From NCBI RefSeq assembly GCF_006345805.1, contig NC_043012.1, forward strand, positions 42,842,001-42,906,000: a stretch of DNA of 64,000 nt, read 5' to 3'. Source of the DNA: Octopus sinensis. Taxonomy: Eukaryota. Under the pieces are notes generated by a model. It saw only the letters and a program-made list of their open reading frames with translations, ran no database searches and had not been told where the DNA came from. Each line of letters opens with the position of its first letter. The first letter of the stretch is position 1. Shown here piece by piece: positions 28,160 to 42,100 of this stretch. The translations under genes were made by a program, and so were the position numbers.

Positions 28160-28197
<38 letters not shown>

Positions 28198-28685
28198 TTA
28201 TATATATATATATATATATGTTATATATATATATATGTATATATTATATATACAGACCCCGCATACGCACTTATACTCTCGCTCACACACACACCACACA
28301 CACCTATACATACCAATACGTACTAATACATACTAATACATACTAATACATACACCAACCCCATACATACGCACGTCCAGACCAACTTACGCACTAATAC
28401 TCTCTCATACACACACACACACACACACACACACCGTATACATACTAATACATACACCAACCCTATACATACACACATCCAGACCCCTCCCACGCACTTT
28501 TAGCTGGTCACTCAACCCTTTTATCAACCCTACATCACTATTCCCCTATTATCTCCCCTTATTTCGCTCTCGCGTCTCATGTTTTTTGATTGACCTCTGG
28601 CCGAAATCAGATCGCCATGTTGATTCGTTAGCTACTGCACGCATTTTTTTCTCTCCTTCTTTCTGTGTTTTTCTCTCTCTATGTA

Positions 28686-28723
28686 TCTTTCTGTTGAAGA
28701 GCGTAGGCTCGAAACGTTAAAGA
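28686..28723 (+). ncRNA. Minimal type I hammerhead-like motif (A6U core) in a PLE-end-like element (about 28560-28826)
   Basis: UCUUU CUGUUGA a GAGC-guag-GCUC GAA ACGU U^ AAAGA; 5-bp stem I, 4-bp stem II, palindromic ACGU stem III of the dimer type known from PLE-associated HHRs. Confidence 0.6.
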
Positions 28724-28829
28724 CTTGTTTTATTTATATTTCCTGAGCGCCATACTAATATTGTTCGTGTTGTTCTTCCACCTGCCTTCGTCTTTTGTTT
28801 ATTTTCATAAAGCTTCCCGTTTATTATAG

Positions 28830-28832
28830 ATG

Positions 28833-28867
<35 letters not shown>

Positions 28868-29810
28868 GTATATAATATAATATATGTATATATATATATG
28901 TATAATATATGTATATATATATGTGTATATATATGTATATATATATGTATATAGAGTATATATATATATATTATAGTATATGTATATATATATATATATA
29001 TGTATTATATATATATATATGGATATATATATATCATATATGTATATAGATATATATATATATTATATAGATATATATATGTATATATATATATATATAT
29101 AATGTATATAATATATATATGTATTATATATATATGTGTATATAGATATATATGTATATATATATATATATGTGTTATATATAGCGTATATATATATTAT
29201 GTATATATATATATATATAATGTATATATATATATATATATTATATATATATATATATTTATATATATATCAATATATGTATATAATATTTATATATATA
29301 TATATATGTATATATATATTTATATATATATATATATATGTATATATATCTATATGTATATATATATATCTATATTATATATATATATATATATGATAAT
29401 GTATATATTATATATATGTATATATGTATATATATATATGTATATAGGTATATATATATATATAGGTATATATGTAATATATATATATATATATTGTATA
29501 TATGTATACTATATATATATGTATATATGTATATATATAGATAGATATATATATATTATATATGTATATATATATATAGGTAATGTATAATATATATATA
29601 TAATGTATAGATGTATATAATGTATATATATGATATATGTATATATGTATATTTATATGTATATATATATATATATTGTATATATATATATATGTATAAT
29701 ATATGTTATATTATATGTAATATATGTATATATGTATATATATATATATGATATATATATTATATGTATATATTATATATATATATGTATATGTATATAT
29801 ATATGTAATG

Positions 29811-29845
<35 letters not shown>

Positions 29846-30395
29846 GTAGATGTATATATATGTATATGTATATATATATGTATATGTATTATATATGTTA
29901 TATATATATATATGTATATATTATGTATATGTATATATATATGTATATATATATATGTATATGTATATATATATGTATATATATATGTATATGTATATGT
30001 AATATGTATATATATATATAGTAGATATATATCTATATATATATTATATATATATATATAGTATATGTATATATATATTATATATATATATATGTATATA
30101 TATATTATATATATTATATATGTATATAATTATATATTGTATATATATATATATGATATATATATATATATCTGTATATATATATATATATGTATTATAT
30201 ATATATATGTATACTTATATATATATGTATATATATAAATATATATATATGTATATATTATATATATATATGTATATATTATATATATATATATATATAT
30301 GTATATAATATATATATATGTATAAATTATATATATATATATGTATATAATATATGTATATATATATCTATATATCTATATATATATATATTATG

Positions 30396-30427
<32 letters not shown>

Positions 30428-30462
30428 AGATATAATGTATATATATGTATATTATATGTATA

Positions 30463-30504
<42 letters not shown>

Positions 30505-30639
30505 GTATATATATATATGTATATATATGTATATTATATGTAATTATATATGTATATATAATAATATATGTATATATATATATATATGTATCTATATGTA
30601 TATATGTATATATATGTATATATATATATATTATATATG

Positions 30640-30679
<40 letters not shown>

Positions 30680-31267
30680 TGTATATTATATATATATGTA
30701 TATATATATATATATCATCATCATCATCATCATCATCGTTTAACGTCCGCTTTCCGCGCTAGCCGGGTTGGACGGTTTGACCGGGTCTGGGAAGCCAGGG
30801 GCCGCTCCAGGCTCCAGTCTGAATCTGGCAGAGTTTCTACGGCTGGATGCCCTTCCTAACGCCAACCACTCCGGTGGGATTGGGTGCTTTTTTTACGTGC
30901 CAATATATATATGTATATATATATTATATGTATATATATATATATATGTATATAATATATATATGTATATATATATATATGTATATATTGTAATATATGT
31001 ATATATGTATATATATGTATATATGTATATATATGTATATATTATATATATGTATATATGTATATATATGTATATATGTATATATATATATATATGTATA
31101 TATGTATATATATATATATATGTATATATGTATATATATTATATATGTTATATATATAATATTGTATATATATATATAATATGTATATATATATATGTAT
31201 ATATATATGTATATATATATATGTATGTATATATATAATATATGTATATATATATATATTATATATG

Positions 31268-31304
<37 letters not shown>

Positions 31305-31322
31305 GTATATATATTATATATG

Positions 31323-31358
<36 letters not shown>

Positions 31359-31501
31359 TATATGTATATGTATATGTATATATATATATATTATATGTAT
31401 ATATATATATATATGTTATATATATATATATATAATATATGTATATATGTATATGTATTATATATAGATATATATGTATATGTATATATATATGTATATG
31501 T

Positions 31502-31534
<33 letters not shown>

Positions 31535-31535
31535 G

Positions 31536-31570
<35 letters not shown>

Positions 31571-31658
31571 GTGTATATATATGTTATATATATATATATA
31601 TATGTGTATATATATGTATATGTTATATATTATATATATATGTATATATATATATATG

Positions 31659-31689
<31 letters not shown>

Positions 31690-32028
31690 GTGTATATATA
31701 TGTATATATATATTATATATGTGTATATATATATATATGTATATGTATATATATATGTATATATATATATATGTATATGTATATATATATGTATGTGTAT
31801 ATATATAATGTATATGTATATATATATGTATGTATATGTATATATATATATGTATAGTATGTATATATATATGTATATATGTATATATATATATATGTAT
31901 ATGTATGTATAATATATATGTATATTATGTATATATATATATATGTATATATATGTAATATATATGTATATATATATATATAATGTATATATATAATATA
32001 TATGTATATATATATGTATATATATGTG

Positions 32029-32066
<38 letters not shown>

Positions 32067-32149
32067 GTATATTATATATATGTATGTATATATATATATA
32101 TGTATGTATATATATATATATGTATGTATTATATATGTATATATATATA

Positions 32150-32181
<32 letters not shown>

Positions 32182-32358
32182 GTATTATATATGTATATAT
32201 ATATAATGTATATATATATATGTATATATATATATATGTATATATATATAATATATATGTATATATATATATATATATGTAAATATATATATATATATAT
32301 AATGTATTATATATATATTATGTATATAATATATAGATATATATGTATATATATATAT

Positions 32359-32397
<39 letters not shown>

Positions 32398-32569
32398 ATA
32401 TTATATATATATATGTATATATGTATATATATATATATATATGTATGTATATATATATATATGTATGTATATATATATATATGTATATATATATAATATA
32501 TATATGTATGTATATATATATATGTATATATTATATATATATATGTATGTATATTATATATATATGTAT
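28830..32569. repeat. Degenerate (TA)n tract interrupted by the 30716-30901 fragment
   Basis: Direct inspection. Confidence 0.95.
30716..30901 (-). mobile_element. Short RTE-tail / SINE 3' fragment with (CAT)n
   Basis: (cat)n-cgtttaacgtccgctttcc...gggttggacgg...ggatgcccttcctaacgccaaccactcc, the same family as 26950-27110. Confidence 0.8.
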
Positions 32570-35500
32570 ATTTATTATTATATAGAAGGAGCTTCTACAG
32601 GACTAGTACTGTTTCATTCAAGAGAAATCTTCGGAAGCTATTTAACAAGAATTGTATTAGCATTTATACATTTCAGGAAGTGTCGAGGTCGATTCTTGTC
32701 AGCATTTTTCTTGGTGATGGTTATAAGGGCACTAGGGTGTGCTAGGATAGTAGGTCCCGGGTTGATCCGGGGTTAACCACAGTAAGTAGGTACTCAATAC
32801 ATAGCAGAGTAAAATTAATTTATTATATAGAAGGAGCTTCTACAGGACTAGTACTGTTTCATTCAAGAGAAATCTTCAGGAAGCTATTTAACAAGAATTG
32901 TATTAGCATTTATACATTCAGGGAAGTGTCGAGGTCGATTCTTGTCAGCATTTTCTTGGTGATGGTTATAAGGGCACTAGGGTGTGCTAGGATATGTAGG
33001 TCCGGGTTGATCCGGGGTTAACCACAGTAAGTAAGGTACTCAATACATAGCAGAGTAAATTATTTATTATATAGAAGGAGCTTCTACAGGACTAGTACTG
33101 TTTCATTCAAGAGAAATCTTCAGGAAGCTATTTAACAAGAATGTATTAGCATTTATACATTTCAGGGAAGTGTCGAGGTCGATTCTTGTCAGCATTTTTT
33201 CTTGGTGATGGTTAAAGCACTAGGTGTGCTAGGATATGTAGGTCCCGGGTGATCCGGGGTTACCCACAGTAAGTAAGGTACTCAATACATAGCAGAGTAA
33301 AATTAATTTATTATATAGAAGGAGCTTCTACAGGACTAGTACTGTTTCATTCAAGAGAAATCTTCAGGAAGCTATTTAACAAGAATTGTATTAGCATTTA
33401 TACATTTCAGGGAAGTGTCGAGGTCGATTCTTGTCAGCATTTTTCTGGTGATGGTTATAAGGGCACTAGGGTGTGCTAGGATATGTAGGTCCCGGGTTGA
33501 TCCGGGGTTAACCACAGTAAGTAAGGTACTCAATACATAGCAGAGTAAAATTAATTTATTATATAGAAGGAGCTTCTACAGGACTAGTACTGTTTCATTC
33601 AAGAGAAATCTCAGGAAGCTATTTAACAAGAATTGTATGCATTTATACATTTCAGGGAAGTGTCGAGGTCGATTCTTGTCAGCATTTTTCTTGGTGATGG
33701 TTATAAGGGCACTAGGGTGTGCTAGGATATGTAGGTCCCGGGTTGATCCGGGGTTAACCACGTAAGTAAGGTACTCAATACATAGCAGAGTAAATTAATT
33801 TATTATATAGAGGAGCTTCTACAGGACTAGTACTGTTTCATTCAAGAGAAATCTTCAGGAAGCTATTTAACAAGAATTGTATTAGCATTTATACATTTCA
33901 GGGAAGTGTCGAGGTCTTCTTGTCAGCATTTTTCTTGGTGATGGTTATAAGGGCACTAGGGTGTGCTAGGATTGTAGGTCCCGGTTGATCCGGGGTTAAC
34001 CACAGTAAGTAAGGTACTCAATACATAGCAGAGTAAAATTAATTTATTATATAGAAGGAGCTTCTACAGGACTAGTACTGTTTCATTCAAGAGAAATCTT
34101 CAGGAAGCTATTTAACAAGAATTGTATTAGCATTTATACATTTCAGGGAAGTGTCGAGGTCGATTCTTGTCAGCATTTTTCTTGGTGATGGTTATAAGGG
34201 CACTAGGGTGTGCTAGGATATGTAGGTCCCGGGTTGATCCGGGGTTAACCACAGTAAGTAAGGTACTCAATACATAGCAGAGTAAAATTAATTTATTATA
34301 TAGAAGGAGCTTCTACAGGACTAGTACTGTTTCATTCAAGAGAAATCTTCAGGAAGCTATTTAACAAGAATTGTATTAGCATTTATACATTTCAGGGAAG
34401 TGTCGAGGTCGATTCTTGTCAGCATTTTTTCTTGGTGATGGTTATAAGGGCACTATGGTGTGCTAGGATATGTAGGTCCCGGGTTGATCCGGGGTTAACC
34501 ACAGTAAGTAGGTACTCAATACATAGCAGAGTAAAATTAATTTATTATATAGAAGGAGCTTCTACAGGAAGTCCTGTAGAAGCTCCTTCTATATAATAAA
34601 TTAATTTTACTCTGCTATGTATTGAGTACCTTACTTACTGTGGTTAACCCCGGATCAACCGGGACCTACATATCCTAGCACACCCTAGTGCCCTTATAAC
34701 CATCACCAAGAAAAATGCTGACAAGAATCGACCTCGACACTTCCTGAAATGTATAAATGCTAATACAATTCTTGTAAATAGCTTCCTGAAGATTTCTCTT
34801 GAATGAAACAGTACTAGTCCTGTAGAAGCTCCTTCTATATAATAAATTATTTTACTCTGCTATGTATTGAGTACCTTACTTACTGTGGTTAACCCGGATC
34901 AACCCGGGACCTACATATCCTAGCACACCCTAGTGCCCTTATAACCATCACCAAGAAAAATGCTGACAAGAATCGACCTCGACACTTCCCTGAAATGTAT
35001 AAATGCTAATACAATTCTTGTTAAATAGCTTCCTGAAGATTTCTCTTGAATGAAACAGTACTAGTCCTGTAGAAGCTCCTTCTATATAATAAATTAATTT
35101 TACTCTGCTATGTATTGAGTACCTTACTTACTGTGGTTAACCCCGGATCAACCCGGGACCTACATATCCTAGCACACCCTAGTGCCCTTATAACCATCAC
35201 CAAGAAAAATGCTGACAAGAATCGACCTCGACACTTCCCTGAAATGTATAAATGCTAATACAATTCTTGTTAAATAGCTTCCTGAAGATTTCTCTTGAAT
35301 GAAACAGTACTAGTCCTGTAGAAGCTCCTTCTATATAATAAATTAATTTTACTCTGCTATGTATTGAGTACCTTACTTACTGTGGTTAACCCCGGATCAA
35401 CCCGGGACCTACATATCCTAGCACACCCTAGTGCCCTTATAACCATCACCAAGAAAAATGCTGACAAGAATCGACCTCGACACTTCCCTGAAATGTATAA

Positions 35501-35902
35501 ATGCTAATACAATCTTTTAAATAGCTTCCTGAAGATTTCTCTTGAATGAAAACAGTACTAGTCCTGTAGAAGCTCCTTCTATATAATAAATAATTTTACT
35601 CTGCTATGTATTGAGTACCTTACTTACTGTGGTTACCCCGGATCAACCCGGGACCTACATATCCTAGCACCCCCTAGTGCCCTTATAACCATCAGCAAGA
35701 AAATGCTGACAAGAATCGACCTCGACACTTCCTGAAATGTATAATGCTAATACAATTCTTGTTAAATAGCTTCCTGAAGATTTCTCTTGAATGAAACAGT
35801 ACTAGTCCTGTAGAAGCTCCTTCTATATAATAATTTTAATTTACTCGCTATGTATTGAGTACCTACTTACTGTGGTTAACCCCGGATCAACCCGGGACCT
35901 AC
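32570..35902. repeat. Inverted tandem array of a ~244-249 bp hammerhead-containing unit (retrozyme-like / PLE pLTR-like)
   Basis: gaaggagcttctacagg recurs at 32585, 32830, 33074, 33318, 33566, 33810 (one base deleted), 34054, 34303 and 34552; orientation flips at tctacagga-ag-tcctgtaga (34561-34580); reverse-complement units run to gggacctac at 35902; flanked by (TA)n. Confidence 0.95.
34780..34830 (+). ncRNA. Type I hammerhead ribozyme motif (representative + strand copy; others at 35027-35077, 35276-35326, 35523-35574, 35768-35818; - strand copies in the left arm, e.g. 34059-34109)
   Basis: AGCUUC [stem I] CUGAAGA U-UUC-ucuu-GAA-U [stem II] GAA A-CAG-uacuaguc-CUG-U [stem III] A^ GAAGCU [stem I']; GUA cleavage triplet. 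Weak point: U-U at 10.1/11.1 and only a 3-bp stem II. Confidence 0.72.
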
Positions 35903-36043
35903 ATATATATATGTAATATATATATATATATATGTATGTAATATTATATTATATATGTATGATATATATATATATGTATGTATATAATATATATTATATA
36001 TATATATATACATATATGGAGTATATATATATATATGTATATC

Positions 36044-36078
<35 letters not shown>

Positions 36079-36124
36079 AATATGTATATAATCTATATGT
36101 ATATATATGTATATAATTTAATGT

Positions 36125-36155
<31 letters not shown>

Positions 36156-37402
36156 GTATAATATATATATATGTATATATATAATATATGTATATATATA
36201 TATATGATATATATATATATATATGTATATAGATATATATTATATGTTCTAGATATATATGATATAGATATATATATGTATATATATATATATGGATACT
36301 ACTATATAGATATGTATATAATATATTATAGTATATATATATATATATATGGATATAATATATATATGTATAATATATATATCTATATATATGTATATAT
36401 ATTATATATTGATCTATTAGATGTATATATTATATGTATTATATGTGATTATATATGTGTATCTATGTATCTATATATATGATATAATGTATATAGTATA
36501 TAGTATATATCTGTATATATATATGTATATATATGTATATAATATATGTATATATATATGTCATATGTATATATATATATATGTAATATATATATATGTA
36601 TATATATGTGTATATATATATAGTGCTCTATATGTATATATATATGTGTATATATATGTGTATATATATGTATATATATGTATATATATATATGTGTATA
36701 TATGTATATATATATATATGTATATATATGGTATATTATAGTATATATAGGTATATATATATATATGTGTATATATATCTGTAATATATGTATTATATAT
36801 ATATGTATATATATGGGTATATATATAGTGAGATATATATATGTATATGTATGTGTATATATATATATGTATATGTATGTATATGTATGTGTATATATAT
36901 ATATGTATATGTATGGGTATGTATATATATGTGTGATATATGTATATGTATATATGTGTATATATCTATATGTATATATGTGTATATTATATGTATATAT
37001 ATGTGTATATATATATATGTTATTATGTGTATATATCTATAGTATATATATGTATATATATATGTATATATATGTGTATATATATATGTATATATATGTG
37101 TATATATATATATGTATATATATGTGTATATATATATTATATATATGTGTATATATATATGTATATATTGTGTATATATATATATGTAATATATATGGTA
37201 TTATATATAGTATATATATGTGTATATATATATATGTATATATATGTGTATATATATATATGTATATATTTGTGTATATATATATTATTATATATGTGTA
37301 TATATATAATATATATTGTGTATATATATGTATGTATATAATATATATGTATGTATATATATATATATGTATGTATCTATATATATATATATATATTATA
37401 TA

Positions 37403-37440
<38 letters not shown>

Positions 37441-37463
37441 ATAATATATATATATATATATAT
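35903..37463. repeat. Degenerate (TA)n tract
   Basis: Direct inspection. Confidence 0.95.
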
Positions 37464-37794
37464 GAAGGCGCGTGGCTCAGTGGTTAGAGCGTCAAGCCTA
37501 CGATCGTGAGGTTGTGAGCTCGAATCCCAGACCGGGCTGCGTGTTGTTGTTCTTGAGCAAGACACTTTATTTCACGTTGCTCCAGTTCACCAGCTGTAGA
37601 AATGATTGCGACGTCACAGGGGCCAAGCTGTATCGGCCCTTGCTCTCTTGGACACATCGGTGACGTAGAGAGGGGAGGCCGGTATGCATGGGCGACTGCT
37701 GGTCTTCCATAAAACAACCTTGCCAGACTTGTGCCTCAGAGGGTAACTCTCTAGGTGCAAACCCATGGTCTGTGTCTGACCGAAGGGGGTCACC
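37464..37794 (+). mobile_element. tRNA-derived SINE inserted in (TA)n
   Basis: A box tggctcagtgg, B box gctcgaatcc, then gttcttgagcaagacactttatttcacgttgctccagttcac; no tRNA acceptor stem. Confidence 0.85.
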
Positions 37795-38619
37795 ATATAT
37801 ATATATATATATATATTTATATGTTGTATAGCCAGCTGGAGACGATGTCTCCTGGGGCTAAATTACAGCAACATTCATTCTAAACTAGGACTGCCATGTT
37901 GTGTTGGCAAACAATCTTTAGTCCAAAGTACTGTGCTGAATATCTCTCATTGTGAGATTTGAAAATAGTAATTTTCTAAATATCACCTAATACATATCAA
38001 ATGGGGTATACCTGATGAGATATTTTAGTAAGCCAGTAGGTAGCAGTTATCTATTAATTAAATTTTTTAATTTGTCTTATATGTGTTATAAATAGTATTT
38101 ATATAGGTTAAATCGGGTACCCCAAAACCAATAGTTGTAGGTAAGAAGTTCAGATGATATGTTCCTTCATCATCATGTGCAGCACAAATAACAGTAACTT
38201 GGTATAGAAATTACTTAATGGAATTGGGGAAAAACATCCTAAGGTGTGGAGGCTTCTATTTTATAGGTTAGATATGATCGTATACCACAAAAACGTAATA
38301 CTAGGTAAAAGTAGATAGAAGATTAGTCCCTTTGTTATCACGTACTATGCAAATAATGTTATAAGAGTTTATATAGTAATTATGGATAGGATGTGTTGGA
38401 AAGGGAACTCAGATTATACAAATCATTGAACTTTGAGGTCTACATAAGAGAAAGGTGGTGGGACTGAGGTTGTTTTGTCCTTGGCTAAAACCTAAAATAC
38501 AGGTTATGTGATATCCTTAAGATATTTAAAGGTACAGGTCCACTTGATGGATACATGAAAGTTGAATGTCCAATTATGTATCTGTTGCTTGAGTACAGCT
38601 TTGTGACCTTAATTATATT

Positions 38620-39720
38620 CTATTTCAAATTGAATTTAACATTGCTATCTTCAAGTTCCCAAAATCTTCATGGCTAGAGGAGTCCTGCTTGCCCCATGCC
38701 CTAATTTTAAGGATGATAAATGGTTGTGTAAGCGCTGCTTCAGATTTACAGAATAGCCCATATAAGTATAAGTATTTGTCTCCATCACTGCATTACACCT
38801 GTAAACTACATTTTTGGTCAAACATTGACCAAAAAGCAGACATAAGTTTTTATCTGAACAGTTGCATCCATTATTGGCTATGACATGATTGTTATTATGA
38901 GTGCACCTTCCTATAATATTCGGACCCATGGGATCAAGATCTTAGGAGTTATTGATGCTTGTATAGCTGCTATCAGGGGTAATATTACCATTACTAAGGT
39001 CATTACCATTGCAATTAGTTGCTAAACTTGGAGTAAAAGAATATGAGTAATGATTATGGCTGTAAGGGATATTATGCTATCAGATTCTGACAGTAAAGGA
39101 TTAGGAATGGGCAGTAAAATAGATTGTTTGTCGGCATTAGTGTTTGTGCTATGTTCATTGAGTGTATCAACAACAGGAAATGACATGTGTAGGCCAGAAT
39201 TAAGGAAAGAGTGTAGACCGTGGCAGGGTGAGAGAGTCGGCTGTTGCCAGAATTACTACTGCTGCTATCAGTTGTAGTAAGCTGAATGATGCCATTATTA
39301 TTATAGCTACTAACAGGAAGGACTTGCTCACTGGTGATATTAGTATGTATAGTATTAGTGTCATTTAAGTTGGTAGTATTCTGATGATTATTAATATTAT
39401 TATTATATTTGCTACAATTGTTATTAGGTGCGGTGCTGTTACGGACATCATTACTTATGCTCCGTGCCATGGTTATATATTATTTGTTCAGGCCAGCTAT
39501 AAGTATGCCCAGATTGGGGAGGGTTGAATAGGAAACCCGAACATTTTTATGGAGGAATAAGCAGTTATATTTATGTAACAGAGGGAAGTTTCTCTTTAGT
39601 ATGCTAAATAATTTGCTGCATAAATTCGTATCTATTACATGATTGAAGAGAGGATTATACCATATTACGTAACTTTTTCTCATTTTTTTTTCCTTTGTAT
39701 CCACTATGTTTCTTATACTT
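38620..39720 (-). mobile_element. Penelope-like element 3' remnant (thumb region and GIY-YIG)
   Basis: WYNPLFNHVIDTN...VRVSYSTLPN and CNCSDKNLCLLFGQCLTKNVVYRC...YMGYSVNLKQRLHNH; true element limits are uncertain. Confidence 0.75.
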
Positions 39721-40317
39721 ATAACTAGTTTCTGATTTATGTGATGAACTTTTGTTTTTATTATTGCCTATATTGTTGCTCTCCCTATTAGTACCAAAGT
39801 TATTATTCTCCCAGTTAACTACCCTTCACAACCCTCTACCAGCATGCTGAATAGTTATTCTCTGGACCCTATCACCAACACCATCATGTTTATTATTTTT
39901 ACTGCCTCTATTTTATTTATTTCTGTTTCATTTTCGTTATTAAGGAATTGTTGGGGTTTTCTAGTTTCACTACCACGATTTAAAAAAAAGTATGACAAAA
40001 ATGTTTGTTTTAGCACTCCATGTTAAAATTGACACTAAACCAACAGCTTTAAAAAATATTGTGCACAATTTGCTTCTAAAGTAGCTAAAAGTAACAGCTA
40101 TCAAATATCAAAAGGAAAAAATCATAACATTGACAAAAGTTATTAAAAAAAATCATAACTCTATTTGTGAAAAATGAAATTACTTTCTTGCTAACCCAAT
40201 ACAAGATCTTGCTGTGGATATGGATATCCTTCATTGAGAAATCAACATTGACGTTCTCCATCTCATTGAAAAATTCAAATACCATCAGTGTTGTTTCAGT
40301 GGTAGTTTCACATATGA

Positions 40318-40354
<37 letters not shown>

Positions 40355-41194
40355 TAATAATAATAAAGATTCTTGAGAGAATTGGATACTTAAATGATAT
40401 GCATCTGGTAGGGTTGGAGTAATCTGTAGTCACCACTATGATTCATTAAATATCCAGTAGTATATTCAGGTCGTGCACACAGAGAGAACCACCCCTATCA
40501 GTATTTAGCGCCTATGGGCTGGTCCAAAGCACACGTTATGTTGATCATATGTTTTTTTGGTATACTGTAGGGTCCAACATGTGAATCCCTATGGTGTATT
40601 ATAAGCAAATGTAAAATAACAGATGATGGATAAATGTCAGTTCATTACAGCTGTTTCTTACGCATTTTTAATAGAAGAACGAGGACATTACATCATTGCA
40701 AAAGCCACAATCATCAGATCCTGAAACATATAATAGAAGAATATCCCAAGAACAGAGTGGGAACATGCCTAAAGCCAGCTGAGGCTGAACATGAAATGGG
40801 AGGAAAAACAAAAAATTGGCTGTTACGGGCACTAAGGGTTAGAGTTACATTAAGAATTTAGTTAGTCAGCAGGGGTAATATGATATTTATGCATCATATA
40901 TATATATAGGATGATTCCTTATAAGTCTATATTTTGTACATATGTGTGTATGTATGCTTATCAAAATGTATATATTTATACATTGTTTTTCTACATATGT
41001 ACATATTGTCCATGCATTTGTGTGTATATGTGCATATGTTTATATATGTGTGTATACATGTGTGTATGTATGTCTATGTCTTTGTATATATGTAGGTGTG
41101 TGTCTATGTACATGTGTGAGTGCATGTATGCCTGTGTCCTTGTAGGAGAGAATACCCCCAAAAACCTGGAATTTTGCAATATTATTTGTTTCAC

Positions 41195-42100
41195 TTAGTT
41201 TTACTTATTTACATTTTTACCACCTTCCAAGTAGTCTCTATTTGAAGCAATGCATTGGTCCAGATGCATTTTCCACTGTTCAAAGCAGTCTTGGACCTCT
41301 TGCAAAGACATGCTTTTAACATCTCCATTATTTTTTTCTTCGTCTCTGCTACATAGGCAAAACATTTTCCTATAAAGATTTTTTACATTTGGAGTAACAG
41401 AAAAAAGTTGCACGGAGCAAGATAGGGCTGGTGGGAAGTAGGGTCATGCAAATTTTGGCAAAAACTGTCTCACAATTAAGGCAATGTATGCAGGTGCATT
41501 GTTGTGATGAAACCACTACTCTACACTTTGCCACAGGTTTAGGTGTTTTCGTTTCACCATGTCTCACAAATGTTTCAGAAGTGCCAAGTGAAATGTCTGA
41601 CTAGCAGTTTGACCAGGAGGAATAAATTCTGTGTGGACAGTACTTTTCACATTGATAAAACAAATCAGTATTGTCTTGTCATTGGATTTCACTTGATGCA
41701 CTTTTTGGAGGGCTTGGTGATATTGTATGCTTCCATTAACTTAATTGCTTCTTCATTTCTGGGTCATAGCTGTAGCACCAGCTTTCGTTACCAGTGATGA
41801 CCTTTGGAAAATAACTATCGTTTTACAATCTTGTTGGTGATGAATCCTAGATGTAACCCTGATTTACCAGGTTGCCACCGAAGAGAGTATTGTTTCAAGC
41901 TGCATCCCAGCAGAAAGACTTGCTGCCTCAGACTGGGAAGATTGTGATATTGTCCAGTCTTGTACTCTCCCTTTGGTCTAATACTCTCAGGATTGTGATG
42001 GTAGCATGACAATGGATGGAGTTCAGAAACGTCTCAGATCTGCGGCAGTATTTGTGTTGCTTGCAGTTCCAAAGTTCAAGTCAGTTGAAATTTTGATTCA
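41195..42100 (-). mobile_element. mariner-like transposase remnant
   Basis: KVITGNESWCYSYDP and the C-terminal FEQWKMHLDQCIASNRDYLEG. Confidence 0.7.

Noticed and set aside
32570-35902. Whole palindrome as a fold-back sequencing chimera
   Set aside because: The flanks are not mirrored, the arms end at different unit positions, and an independent solo copy at 61.2 kb has the same two termini. Copy number may still be imprecise given the single-base indel noise.
35860-35905. Helitron interpretation of the 249-bp unit (GC hairpin cccgg-atcaac-ccggg followed by acCTAC)
   Set aside because: The terminus is CTAC rather than CTRR, there is no TC 5' end, and inverted arms plus a hammerhead per unit fit PLE/retrozyme biology better. 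Not fully excluded.
37464-37540. tRNA gene
   Set aside because: A and B boxes are present, but there is no acceptor stem and the sequence runs into a SINE body.
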